Assembly: GCA_016748015.1 (NCBI GenBank)
Contig: JAAOMT010000384.1
Coordinates: 211,263-275,262, forward strand
From: Geosiphon pyriformis uo1
Taxonomy: Eukaryota; Fungi; Glomeromycota
DNA length: 64,000 bases
Reading direction: 5' to 3'
Below are positions 11,017 through 22,813 of the stretch, in pieces. Made by a program: the position numbers and the translations under genes. Numbering within the stretch: position 1 is the first letter of the stretch; each line of letters starts with the position of its first letter. The notes beneath the pieces were generated by a model that worked only from the letters and a program-made list of their open reading frames with translations, was not told where the DNA came from and made no database searches.

Positions 11017-13978
11017 TAGAGATTAGATAGATATCTTCTTTGTGATTGGGTTTGTCTCTTCTTTGGCAGATGTTACAGGTTTTGATGTATTCAGCAATGT
11101 CTTTTCCCAAGGTAGGCCAATAATAGCAAGCTAAAGTTTTCTGAATTGTTTTTGTTTTTCTAAAGTGTCTAGTTAATGGGTCAATGTGCATGTTGTATAT
11201 TACAATTTCTCTCTCTTCAAATTTGATGACTCTTTGAGGGTGGTTAGGATCTTTTTTATTTCTTTTATATAGCTGGTTCTGGTGAATCAAATAGAAATTT
11301 GATTGTTTGTGCAAATGTTCTCTTTGCTGTTGAGTGTATTCCAGTAAGTATTGTCTTTTACCCAAAAATTCCATTAAGGCAGAGTAGTTGTCCAAGTCCA
11401 TTATTGTTTTTTTCAAAAGAGAAGTTACTAATAGTTAAGTTGATTTGGTTTGAAAGGTTGTATTATTACTAGATGGTAAGTCTAGAGAGAGTGTTAGTGT
11501 TTTGATGATTTGCTCCTTTGTGGTGTTGAATCTCATAGTCAAATTCATTCAAGTAGAGTATCTAGTAAGTTATTCATTTGTGTTCCAGCTTCTTTTTATT
11601 GCACAGCCAAACCAAGACTTGATGATCTGTTACCACTAAGAATTTTGCACTAAGAAGATATTAATTCCAGTAACTAGTGGCCCAAACTACTGCTAAACAT
11701 TCTTGTTCAGTAACTGAATAGTTTTTTTCTGCTGGTGTGAGGGACCTACTGGCATATGCTATAATATGTTCTCTGCCATCTTCATCTTTTTGTGAGAGGA
11801 CAGCACCAAGTCCATAACCAGATGTATCAGTGTAAAGGATAAAAGATTGGTCCAGATCAGATTGCTTGAGAATTGGTTCAATAACAAGTTTTTTCTTCAG
11901 AATTTCAAAAACTTTTTGTTAATAAGTGCCCCAGTGATAATTGACATTTTTTCTGAGTAGCTGATTAAGTGGAAAGATGATTTTGGAGAAATCCTTGATA
12001 AATTTATGATAGTAAGAAGCCAAATCAAGGAAAAAGCATAGTTCAGGAACATTTATTGGTTGTCTAATGTTTTGAACTTTTTCAACCTTAGCTGGGTCAG
12101 GGAAGATTCCATCTTTTGTAATAAGATGACCAAGAAACTAAGTGGATTGACATCCAAAAAAAGATTTAATTGGGTTGATCTTGAGACCAGTATTTCTGAG
12201 CAAGTCAAAAACTTTTTGCAAGTGTTCAAGATGTTCATTCCAGGTTTTTGAGTATACCATTATGTCATTCAAATAGACCAGAACAAAGTTTTCTTTTACT
12301 GTTTCAAACACTTTGTCCATTAAGCATTGAAAGGTGGGAGAAGCATTGGTGAGACCAAAAAGCATGAATGTGAATTCATAAGTGCCATATTTGGTAATAA
12401 AAACAGTTTTTTTTCTGCTTTCTGGATCCATCTCTACTTGCCAGAATCCAACAGTTAAGTCAATGGTTGAAAAGAAAGCAGCACTATTGAATTTATCTAG
12501 CATTGCATCAATTTTGGTGAGTAGGTATATGTCTCTTATAGTGATGGTATTTAATTGGTGGTAGTTGACACAGAAGCATAGAGTTCCACCTTTCTTGGAT
12601 ACCACTACAACTGGGAAAGCCTATTCACTCTTGGTTTCTTGTATGAATCCAAGATCTTTCATTCAGTTTATTTCTTTCTTGATAAACTCATCATTGTATC
12701 AATTGGATTGATAAGGCTTTAAATGAATGGGATGAGTTTCTTTTGTGGTGATGGTGTGTTGTATCACATGAGTTTGTCTATGTGCATTACCTTCTTTTGA
12801 AATAACTGGGCTATTTCTAGCCAACAGATTTTCAATGTCCACTTTTCTTTTTTTAGGGGAAGGTTTTCTTTGTTCTACAACTAGTAATTGGATTTCAGAT
12901 GGTTCATTCTCAAAGAACTTCTGTACTATTTTTAGTTCTTCTCTGGATATCAAACTAATTGGTTCCCAATCTTTGTAATAGATCAGGCAGAACTTGTATT
13001 CATCACTAGGGAAATACAAAGGTTTATTGCACCAGCACCTGACACAAGAACCATACCATTAATAACTGTATTTTGCTTTCTTGCCAAGTTTTCTATCAAA
13101 GGTTCTTTTGAGAATATCATAGTAGAGCCAGCAGATCAGCTTGTCATTTACCATGATTCCTTTTTTGTCAGCTTTAACATTGTCTAGTGGCTTGCCATTG
13201 CTGGTGAAAATAGTATAAGCAAGTTCAGCAGTTTCTTTTTGTTCTTCTTGATCTTCTTCTTCATTGCTCTCATCATCATCTGATTCATCTGATTGTTCTT
13301 CTTCTTGGTTTTGCTTGGATACTGGAGGAGTTGTCCAATGGCAACATTTAACCACAATGGGCTTTTCATTACATCTGATAGTTAGCTCACAAAGTTCATA
13401 ATCAAGTAGTGCTTTAGCTTTTTTAAGCCATTCATTGCCAACAATTATGGTGTATTCTTTTGCTTCAGATACTTCCATATCAGTTTTAATGCTGATATCA
13501 TTGATGCGAACAGGAATAGCTTTGGCTATGCCCAGGTCTTTCTTCTTGTCATCATGTACATTGGTTATTGGTTGAGTGGAAGGCTCATCAATTTTTCTGC
13601 TAATTGCTTCAAGAAAGTGTTTGGCAATTACACTAACAGATGATCCACTGTCTAGGATCAGATCAATAAAGTAACCAGCCACTTGAGCTTTACAGATCAG
13701 AGGGGTAACATTGCTATTATCAGTGAGTTCAGCTTGGCGAGGTCATTTGTTGGTCTTTGGTGTTTTCTCCTTTGGTATTAATGATTTATGAAGATCTTTT
13801 CTAAACTGTAGATGAGTCATTAGTTGGCCAAATGTAATGTGTGCTGGGGTTTCTATGAGATCTTTAACAACAGAATAGGGGCCAGATTTTTGTATTATTT
13901 CTGGGGGTTCCAACTTTGGAGGATTTTTAAAAACTTTAGCTTTTGGGGGCTTATTGTTATCAGTAGTTGATGTGGAGG
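11017..13978 (-). mobile_element. pol: Gypsy family B fragment B0 (PR, RT, RNase H, integrase N-term)
   Basis: LILDSGSSVS, STIDLTVGFWQ, YTDTSGYG, H..H...CNIC integrase zinc finger; co-linear with 56200-59170. Confidence 0.92.
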
Positions 13979-14102
13979 ATGACTCCACAAAAACTTTTTT
14001 TCTCTCTTTGACTGCTACCATACAATTTACTATGGAAATTAAGTTTTTTGCAAAGAGATCTTTAAAACATAATATTTTATTACTAACACAATAGACTTAA
14101 AA

Positions 14103-16364
14103 GTGTCTGACAACTACACCTTTAGTGAAGTGACACCAGTCATGCAAAGAAGTATAAATGAAGAGACTATTAAAAATAATAACCAAGTAGAATTAAACAT
14201 AGCTTCTGCTATAGACAAAGAAGAAAACAACACAATTTCACATAAACTGACAACAGTGGAAACTGCTAAGTCTATTACACCTCCATTCAGATTTGAAACT
14301 AACAACAGACAATTTAGAACTGTAAACACAAGTAGTAGAGATGACACACCTTTCAGAATTACTAACACAGCAAAAAGAACAGCTCCACATAGGCAAGTGG
14401 CAGACTTTTCTCCAACAACAGACAACAGACTAGAAGGAAAACTGACAAAAAGTACAAACACATTGGAAGAATAAGTGTAAAAGGGCTAACTGAAAAATTC
14501 AACCAAGTAATTAAAGAAGACTTATCCAAAAACATAACAACACAAACCAACAACTTTGTTTTACAACCAATGTTCAACAAAGGGGGAAATAGCAACAAAT
14601 TCCAAATGAAAGCTTGGACTGGTGAAAAGGGGGCCTTAAAGTCTCTGAAAAAAATAGATAGACCTTCAAAAACACCTAAAAAAGACAGTAAAAGAGCTGC
14701 ACAAATAGAAGCTGCTTTGAGAAAGTGCAATCTTGATATTTTGAACAGGATTAACAGTGGAAATTCTGTGGTGGAAAATGAGGAGCAAATGAACAATTTA
14801 TTTGTTGCAAACAAAGATAAGGCTGATATGAATGACACTGCAGAGGACATGGAAGACTCTGAATTGGGCTTGTCTAGCAGAATAGCAAGTCCAAGTCCAG
14901 GCCAATATAGGAGTAAATCACTTGGCAAAAAACCCATGTTCATGGAACCAAACTACGAGGAAGGATGGAAAACTGTGGTTCATGGAACAAAGAGACATGT
15001 GCTCTTTGTGCAGGCATTAGATATACTGGAAAAAAACATGGGAAAAAAGGTGGGATGGATTTACAACCTGCTGGGGGATGTTAGCTATCTCTTGGAGGCT
15101 GTGATGGCAAAAAACCAAAAAATCAGAATGGATTTCCCTTAAGTGGCTGGAAGGGATCAGGCCAAAGAAGTCCTAGCAAATAAGGAAATAGATTCTTTTC
15201 TGATGGCTATTAATGGCATTACCAACCTGATGGCAGGCCAAAGGAAAGTCCTGGTGAGAGATATTCCCTTAGGAATTTCAGATAGAGAAGTAGGAGCTGT
15301 CATGAAAGAATTTGGTGAAGTTAAAAAAAGTGACTGAAAAATGGCAATCAGCTGTGGTTGAGTATAACAACCAGGAAGAGGCAACCAAAGCCATAAACCA
15401 ATGGTCAACCATGATCAGAAGGATGCAGTCAGAATTTATCCAATGATTGGAACCCAAAAAGTTGTTGAGCAGAGAAAAACCTGGGAAGCTAAATTGGTGG
15501 ACTTACCACAAAATTGTACTGCTCACTACTTGAGTACCACACTGGACCAGATCAAAGCCCAATCTTGCTTTATCCCAAGAACTAGCAAGAATTACACAAG
15601 GATGGGCTGTGCTTACATAGGATTTGACAGTAAAGCCAGCCACAACAGTGCTACCAAAAAGCCCTTAGTAATTGGAGACACATTGGTGCATTGGGTACCT
15701 ACTGATGCCAAAGAGTGTCACTTTTGTTACCAAGTAGGGCATTTAGTCTCCAAATGTCCAATTCTACACAAGAAGAAGGAAGGAGATACAAAGAAAGCTA
15801 CCAACAATATTAGATTGGCAAAGCTGTATGTTAGAAAGAATGTTCCAGAGGAATCCATCAAAGACTTTGGTGGAAAATTATATGCCGAAATGGTTGCACT
15901 CAGACTGCCTCATAAGCTAAATAACACAAACTCAAACAGATCTCCGAGAACTGGTCTACAAGTGAACAATAAAGAAGGACAACCAAAAAAGGGGATCAAC
16001 CAACTATGGAAGGCTGAAATTGATAAATTGAGACAACAGATTAACAAAATGGCCAAACTGCTGAGTGCTGTGACTGCCAAGCTTGGAGTAACAGTAGAAA
16101 AAGAAAAAGACATATTGGTTGCTCAACAGCAAAGTAACATCTCAGAAAATAAAAGAGGCAGAGACCAGGGTACTAAGCCAGAGCACTACATCTAAGTCTG
16201 ACCTGGAAGAGAAAAAAGAGGCATATGATCCAGAGAGGGAAATTAGGGTAATTAAAGAAACATTGGAACCCATTCTGGAGTTGCTAAAGCAAGTAAAAAA
16301 ACAGGGTGGCTGGGGCGATCCTGCTGCTGGGGAATCTAAACTTATAGAAACAGATGATGTGTAG
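14103..16364 (+). pseudogene. LINE ORF1 (RRM-like repeats, CCHC knuckle, coiled coil), frameshifted
   Basis: VLVRDIPLG...EFGEVKK, AKLVDLPQNC, CHFCYQVGHLVSKC, AEIDKLRQQINKMAKLL; stop 16362-16364. Confidence 0.8.
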
Positions 16365-19300
16365 CACACCTGATCCCAACACAGAACAGAACTATTCCAA
16401 CATCAATACTTGGAAAGTTGGTACTATTAATGTTAGAGAACTTAATAATCCTGGCAAAGCTGAAAAAGTGCTACAATGGTGTATAGGAGAATAATTTGAC
16501 TTCATAATTATTACAGAAACTTAACTAACTCCTACCAAAGAAAAGGAAGTATTTTTTAGCTCTGATGAATACCACACCTTTTGGAAGTCAAGTGCTGAGA
16601 AACAAATGGGATGCACCATGTGGAAACAATCAAGGAATATCATGGGAGGCTGTTACATTTGGTGTTGAAATTTAGGGGTAGAATCAGTGTGCATATAGTA
16701 GGGTTGTACATGCCTGCTTCCAAATCACCTACTGAGAAGGCAGTAGCAAAGGAGATCAGAAAACTTTTGGGAGACATTGTGCAAAACAAAGAGATAATCA
16801 TAGTTGCAGGTGATTTGAATGAAGATATGTCATCCAAATCACTTGAGGAAACATTTGCTACAAATAAGGTCAAAGCCTGTTCTACTGCTACAACATTGCA
16901 ACATATGAATTTGGTGAACACACATGGAGCTTATACAATAAACAATCCAGAAAAGACATGGGCATCAAATGGAGTACAAAGAAGATTAGACTATGTGTTT
17001 ACTGATGTAGTTACAGCCTCAATGGTTACAAATATTGGGGTGGTAGATGTTAATGAATTATTTAGCACTGATCACAAAGCAGTAATAACAATGTTCTGAT
17101 CTGACAGAATCAAATCTGGAAGAAAGAAAAGTAGCATGACTATGATTGATGTTAAAAAAACATCTGGGGTACAATGGGAAATCTATGCAAGAGAAACTGA
17201 TCAATTGACAGATGAAGCACAAAAAAAATCAGTAGATAACTGCAATGATAATCTAAACCAGATGTGGCTTACAATCAAGAAGACTGTGTTACAAGCTGCT
17301 GACTGCCTACCAAAAAGGAAAGTGGAAGCCCAATCTACACACACTAAGAAAGAATGTATGGATCACAAACTTGTTAAGATTATTGCTGATATAATCAAAC
17401 AAATAAGAATAAACAATACAGATATGTATGATATCAATATTATGCAGTTGTTGGCTAAATGAAAACAGCTGAAACCTGATGCAGTAACTGCATATCTGAT
17501 AACTCTCCCAAAAGATAAGCTTATTACAGAATTAATCAGCATTAAGAAAGAATACAGATCAACACTGCAAGCTAGAATCAGGCTACAACAACAGAGACAG
17601 ATCATGGACAATATGATTAAAAGACAACAAAACTTTGAACTAAACAAAGGAGCAATGATCAAAAGCATTTTGACAAAGAATAGTACTAGACCATGTCATT
17701 GAAGAAGGCAAATTTCATGACAATCTTGATGAAATCAAAAAGCTGGTAAACAAAAAAGCTCAAGGTTGGACTAGAACAAGAATTCTTGAACCTGAGCTAT
17801 GGAAAAGTTGGGAAAACAGGTTTAAGCCAATTGACAGCATTCCAGATCATGCCTTTGATAGTGTGATGACTGAAATAACAAATGAAGAATTTGAACACAT
17901 ACTAAGTCACACATCTCACAACAAAGCCCCTGGCCCATCAGGCATTCAAGCTGAGCTCTGAAGGAAAGCTGGGCCTAACACCAAGTCCAAACTGAGAACA
18001 TTGCTTAATACATGCATAGAATTGGCAAACATGCCAGAGGAGTGGAGAATAGCACAAGTCATACTGATTCCAAAGCCAAAAGAATGAGGTGGCAATATTG
18101 ACATTACCAGACCAATCACACTCATTGAAAGTACCAGAAAAATCTTAACAAAGATTCTAACTGCAAGGATATCAAAAGCATGTGAGCTACACAATGTCCT
18201 AAAAAGTTACAACACCTCAGTTTTAAAGAATACCTCTACAGCTGTGCCAATTTATGTAATTAATGCTGTAGCTGAGCATGCAAGAGAATTTGGTAATGAG
18301 GCCTGGTTTACATTTCAGGACATGAAAAAGGGATATGATTCAGTTGGTTGGAAACCCATGGAAGCTGCACTAAAAAGAATCAAGATAAACAATAGGTTTA
18401 CTAAGCTGTTTGGCTTGATGCATAACAACAGGAGTAATAGAATCATAACCAAGTTTGGATTAAGTGATGAATATCATGTACAAGATGGGCTAGATCAGGG
18501 GGAAACAAGCTCACCCATTATGTAAAGGATTTTTTATGACCCCTTACTGTGTGAAGTGAAAGAGACCAATTATAGCCAAGGGTACAAACTAACAGCTGAG
18601 TGGAAAAAGTGGGACAATCATATGGACACACAATCTCTGTTGGTATTAGTAAATCACCTTGCCTTTGTTGATAACACCGTGTGAATAGCAAACTCAAGAC
18701 AGGGAATGCAGAGTATTCTAGACACAGCCAGCTCCTTCTTTAGAATGGTGGACATTGAGATCAACTTGGATAAGACTGAAACAATGGTGGTCAGATCCTC
18801 TAAGAAAAAATCAGTGGCAGTTGAGCCACTGATATTTGGGCCAAACAAACAACCTCTGAAACTGCTGGATCCATCTACATGTACCAGATATTTGGGAGTG
18901 TAGATCAGAGCTGATGAAAAAAATGAAACTGTACTAAAAATGATTGGATCTGACATTGAAGCAGTGTGTGGAGTTATTAGGAAAAAACACATTACTGAAA
19001 AGCAGATGATCTACATTTTCAACAGTGTACTAAGTCCAGCAATAGAATTTAGATCTTAATTGACCCATATTCCAAATAGTTGGGCCAGAAGATGAACTTC
19101 AAAGATCTCAGCCACTGTAAAGAAAAAGGCTAGACTTTCAGTAGATTTCCCAGCCAGTGTCATGCATCACTCATCCTTGTATAACTTGTTTAAAATTGAT
19201 GATATACAAGCAAAAAGCAAGATCACAGATTTGTTAGTTAGATTGAACAGTAATGATATTGCTGAAATGGCTACCAAAATTAGACTAGCCAATTTACCAC

Positions 19301-19628
19301 AAAAATGGTCAGCTCATAATATACTTGAATATCCCACTGATGAATGACCTAAGCCAGAGGCTAATCTTAAAGACAATATCATGCAGATTATGAGGGAAAG
19401 GGGCATCTCACTCAAAAGCTCTGGTAACACAGATGAGATACCTGAATTTTCAAGACCACAAGCACACTTAATTGAGACCACTATAGCTTCATGTGCAATC
19501 TACACCAAAGTTAGAGGCTTACTAAGGAAAGAGAACATTTTGTATTTGCATCAAATGCAGAACAGAGATGGATCATTAATGACATGGATGGACTTCACAA
19601 GAAGATACAGACAGAGTGACAATGGTAG
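16354..19628 (+). pseudogene. LINE ORF2 (AP endonuclease, RT), disrupted
   Basis: MMCSTP...KVGTINVR, AGDLNED, RLDYVF, STDH, RPITLIE, FQDMKK.YDSV, LDQG, AFVD. Confidence 0.9.
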
Positions 19629-20258
19629 TGTTATGGTTGAAACCCATAATTTTTATTAATTATCACATGTATTAGCCACTGATGTCATATAATTAGCCAC
19701 TCTATTTTTAGATAGTGATCATTGACCTGGTCATTGACCACTTTCAATAGCTATATAAGCAATAAGTCTCTTAGCTGTAGAAAATCATCTCTTAGACAAG
19801 AATCAAATAAATAAAAATAACAACTTTCATCTCAATCATTCTCTTATCGCTAATTTCCCTTTCCCTACCTTTAAGTATCCAAACATCTTAGGATAAAAGA
19901 TTACTTGTTGGCCTTTTCCTGATGTATATAATTGTAGCATTTGAAGATTATTTGAATAAACGTGACTAAAAAGCACAAGTTGATACCTAATATTGAATTC
20001 TAAGAGTGCCGACATGAGGCATAGAATTATACCAGTGGTAATCAATTGTTGACAGTACAGACTATCCTTCTACCTTCAGATTCCCCAGTTACTTTTGAAA
20101 AGAATAGCGACTGAGATATTTTATGAGACTGATCTTGCACATTAAATCCATATTCATTCAATTCACTCATTGAAGTTAAATCCTCTTTGATTATTTCCAT
20201 CACCCTACAATTCTGTTCTCTCTTACTATCCATTAGCTTGTTACTCCAATCCATAACA
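19629..20258 (+). repeat. Family B LTR (630 bp)
   Basis: TGTTATGG...CCATAACA inverted ends, TATATAA and AATAAA; homologous to 38055, 53786, 60759. Confidence 0.93.
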
Positions 20259-20264
20259 TAAAAG

Positions 20265-20281
20265 TGGTGCTCCCTGTAAGG
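20265..20281 (+). promoter_or_regulatory. PBS of Gypsy B (consensus TGGTGCTCCCTGTGAGG; also 54433 and 61490)
   Basis: Conserved in three copies after LTR end plus TAAAAG spacer. Confidence 0.8.
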
Positions 20282-21839
20282 TTGTCAAAATCCACTTTGT
20301 TTCCTATTGTATGGGTGATTATTCATACCTGCCACAACAATCAGAAGAACACTTTAAAGCACACAACAAAAATGATCTAGACTTTATTGAACTCAATCTT
20401 TTGCTCTCTTGCTTGATTTGCTTTCCCATTGAAGAACAATCCAGCAAACAATTCCAAGACTTTTGGAACTGGTTCTTGAACGAGCATTCAGCTGAAACCT
20501 ACACAGCTTATACAATCTATTACTTTGACCAAGCTTATTTTGAAGATGACTTTGAAGGAAGAAACAACAGTATCAATCAGCTTTTATATTCTGCAATCTT
20601 TGAACAACAGCCCCCTGATTTTGAATATCTGAATCATCAAATCCACATTTGGATTGCTGCCCATCAATCAACAGAAACTCCTCTTGAAGCAGAAGAAGAA
20701 AGCTATCAAACTGCTCCTGTTTTTGATTTTTTTTCAAGTGAATCAGAACACTCCACACAAACAGTTACACCTGAACCAATGGCTCAAAAATCTCTGCAAC
20801 AAAACATTCTGATTGCCCTCCAAGGTATACAGACTGCTTTAGAGCAAAGAAACAACACCCCATTACCATTATTCAGAGGTAATGCCCAAGATCCAATTGA
20901 ATGGTTGGATGACTTTGAGAGAGCTGCTACAGCCAACCAATATGATGATGAGTACAAGTTTCAAATTGTTGGTGGCTACCTCCAAGGCTCTCCTGCTACC
21001 TGGTTCTCACAGGAAACTGATGCTGGTGCTTACCAAAAAATCATTAGATGGACACCAACAAATGCTGGAGAAGAAAACACTTCTTTTACAATCTGGTTTG
21101 AAACTAAATTTAGAACTCCTATCTTAATATCTAAATGGTGCATGGAATTAGAAAAAAGAACCCAAGGTCTTGGTGAAGTTGTAACTGAGTATGCCAAAGC
21201 AATCAGAAAATTAATCAAGTGAGTAGATTCTGGAAAAAACTGGACAGAAGAGCAAAAGATTTATTCCTTTACAAAAGGATTAAGAACTGATCTTTCCTAT
21301 ACTCTTTGGTCTCTCCTGGTTCTGAAAGACAATCTTACAATGAACATAGCTATTGAGCTTGCCCAACGAATTGAAGATAACCAAAGGATGCATTTGGGAT
21401 CCACACTTCCAGTTTTTGCTCCTGTTCCTATTATGGCCTCTGCTCCTCAATGGCTGCCACTTCTTTCACTGCTCAAACTCCAGATCCCAATGAACAATTA
21501 ATAAATAGACTCACAGCCAATCTTGCCCATTTGTTAGAACCCTTAGCTCAAGCAGTCAGAGAAAATCAACAACTCCAAAGACCCAGATTTGAACCCTGTT
21601 TTAATCAACCCCAACAACTCCCTTATCAAAGACAACAAAATCGTGTTTTATCACTGTGGATTAACTGGACATTTCTCCAGAGATTGCAACAATTCTCCCC
21701 TGCCTCCTCCAGCTCCTAGAAACAATGACAATCAAAACAACAGAACCATCAATAACAATGTCTCCAATCAAAAAACCAATCATGCCAACATCAATTTCTT
21801 TGAAGAGGATCCCTTAGTTGAAGCTACTGTTTATTAGTC

Positions 21840-21880
21840 TTTAAACTGGTAGGTGCACCTCCAAAGGGTGAGAGTGCAAG
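21840..21880 (+). promoter_or_regulatory. Putative -1 ribosomal frameshift signal (T TTA AAC plus downstream stem); also 56020 and 63077
   Basis: Heptamer in X XXY YYZ register just before gag stop; pol lies in the -1 frame in B4 and B5. Confidence 0.75.
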
Positions 21881-22813
21881 CCAATCAGAAGAAAACCTTT
21901 TTTATGCTTTTAACTTAACTGATGATGACCATGACATAGATGAACTTGCAATCAACACTTCTGAATCAACAAAAAAGAAGAAGAAAGCCAAGGTTGATTT
22001 TGTTATAGATCCAAAGAAAACCTCCACATCAACTGCTTTTTTTTTTTTTGTTAATGTATAGCCATGCTGGTCTTTTATTAGTTTTGCCCCACCTGAAAAT
22101 ATAGCATTTTCATAAAGCCAACTCACTCAATAATTTAAATTACAAGATGTGGCTAACCACTAAGTGGTTAAGCCTAACTACATGCTAATATAACCAAAAA
22201 ACCTAAGGGGTATCACACTATCACATAAATTAACTTTACTACTAAGACTCTCATTAAGTATCTTATTACAACTTGTGAATCTATCACCCATTTTAACTCT
22301 GGTTTTGCCACTATCACTACCACTACTCTTTAATATTTTATGTACATTAGACACATTTGATATGCTCCTCTTAGCAATGTTATCAATACTTACAGATTTC
22401 TCACACTCAGTTTGTAATTTGCAACGTTCTTTCCACAATCTTTTTCTTGCTTAAGTCACCACCCATTTACACACCTTAATTAATATATTATTGTTAGTCT
22501 TCTGATCAATATCAGCAAATGCATTGATTCTCCCAAATTGCTTATTGATTAATCCTTTGCATAACAGGTCTATGTTGGATGTTGACTTGATGTACTCATT
22601 AGACAAGACCACCCTTTCAGCATGGTCTGAAGATCTATGTTTTTTTCCTACAGCTTTTGACAAGCACAGCATCCACTCTTTTTTTATGTCATCTATTAGT
22701 GTCTTGCCCCTCTGAGTACTTAGAGAGCATTCCCAAAAGTGCCAGTTGGTTTCAACTTCCATGTAACATACTTTGCAAAGGTTGTTTAAATACACCTGGG
22801 GACATCTATTACT

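Larger units (their letters stand above)
13989..19628 (+). mobile_element. LINE copy L2, intact 5' end, ORF1 and ORF2 through RT; ends at Gypsy B LTR
   Basis: 5' signature AAAAACTTTTTTTCTCTC as in L3/L4/L5; near-identical inverted copy of 28637-34263. Confidence 0.93.
19629..22036 (+). mobile_element. gag: Gypsy family B fragment B1 (5' LTR, PBS, gag, start of pol)
   Basis: LTR 19629-20258, PBS 20265, ATG 20311, LPLFRGNAQDPIEWLDDFERAA capsid motif; ends at poly(T) of LINE L3. Confidence 0.92.

Noticed and set aside
20014-20254. Small sense and antisense ORFs in the B LTR U5 region
   Set aside because: Broken by stops or indels in most copies; no motifs
21829-21866. Short GT-AG intron joining gag to pol
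   Set aside because: A correctly phased slippery heptamer explains the frame change more simply; not excluded without RNA data
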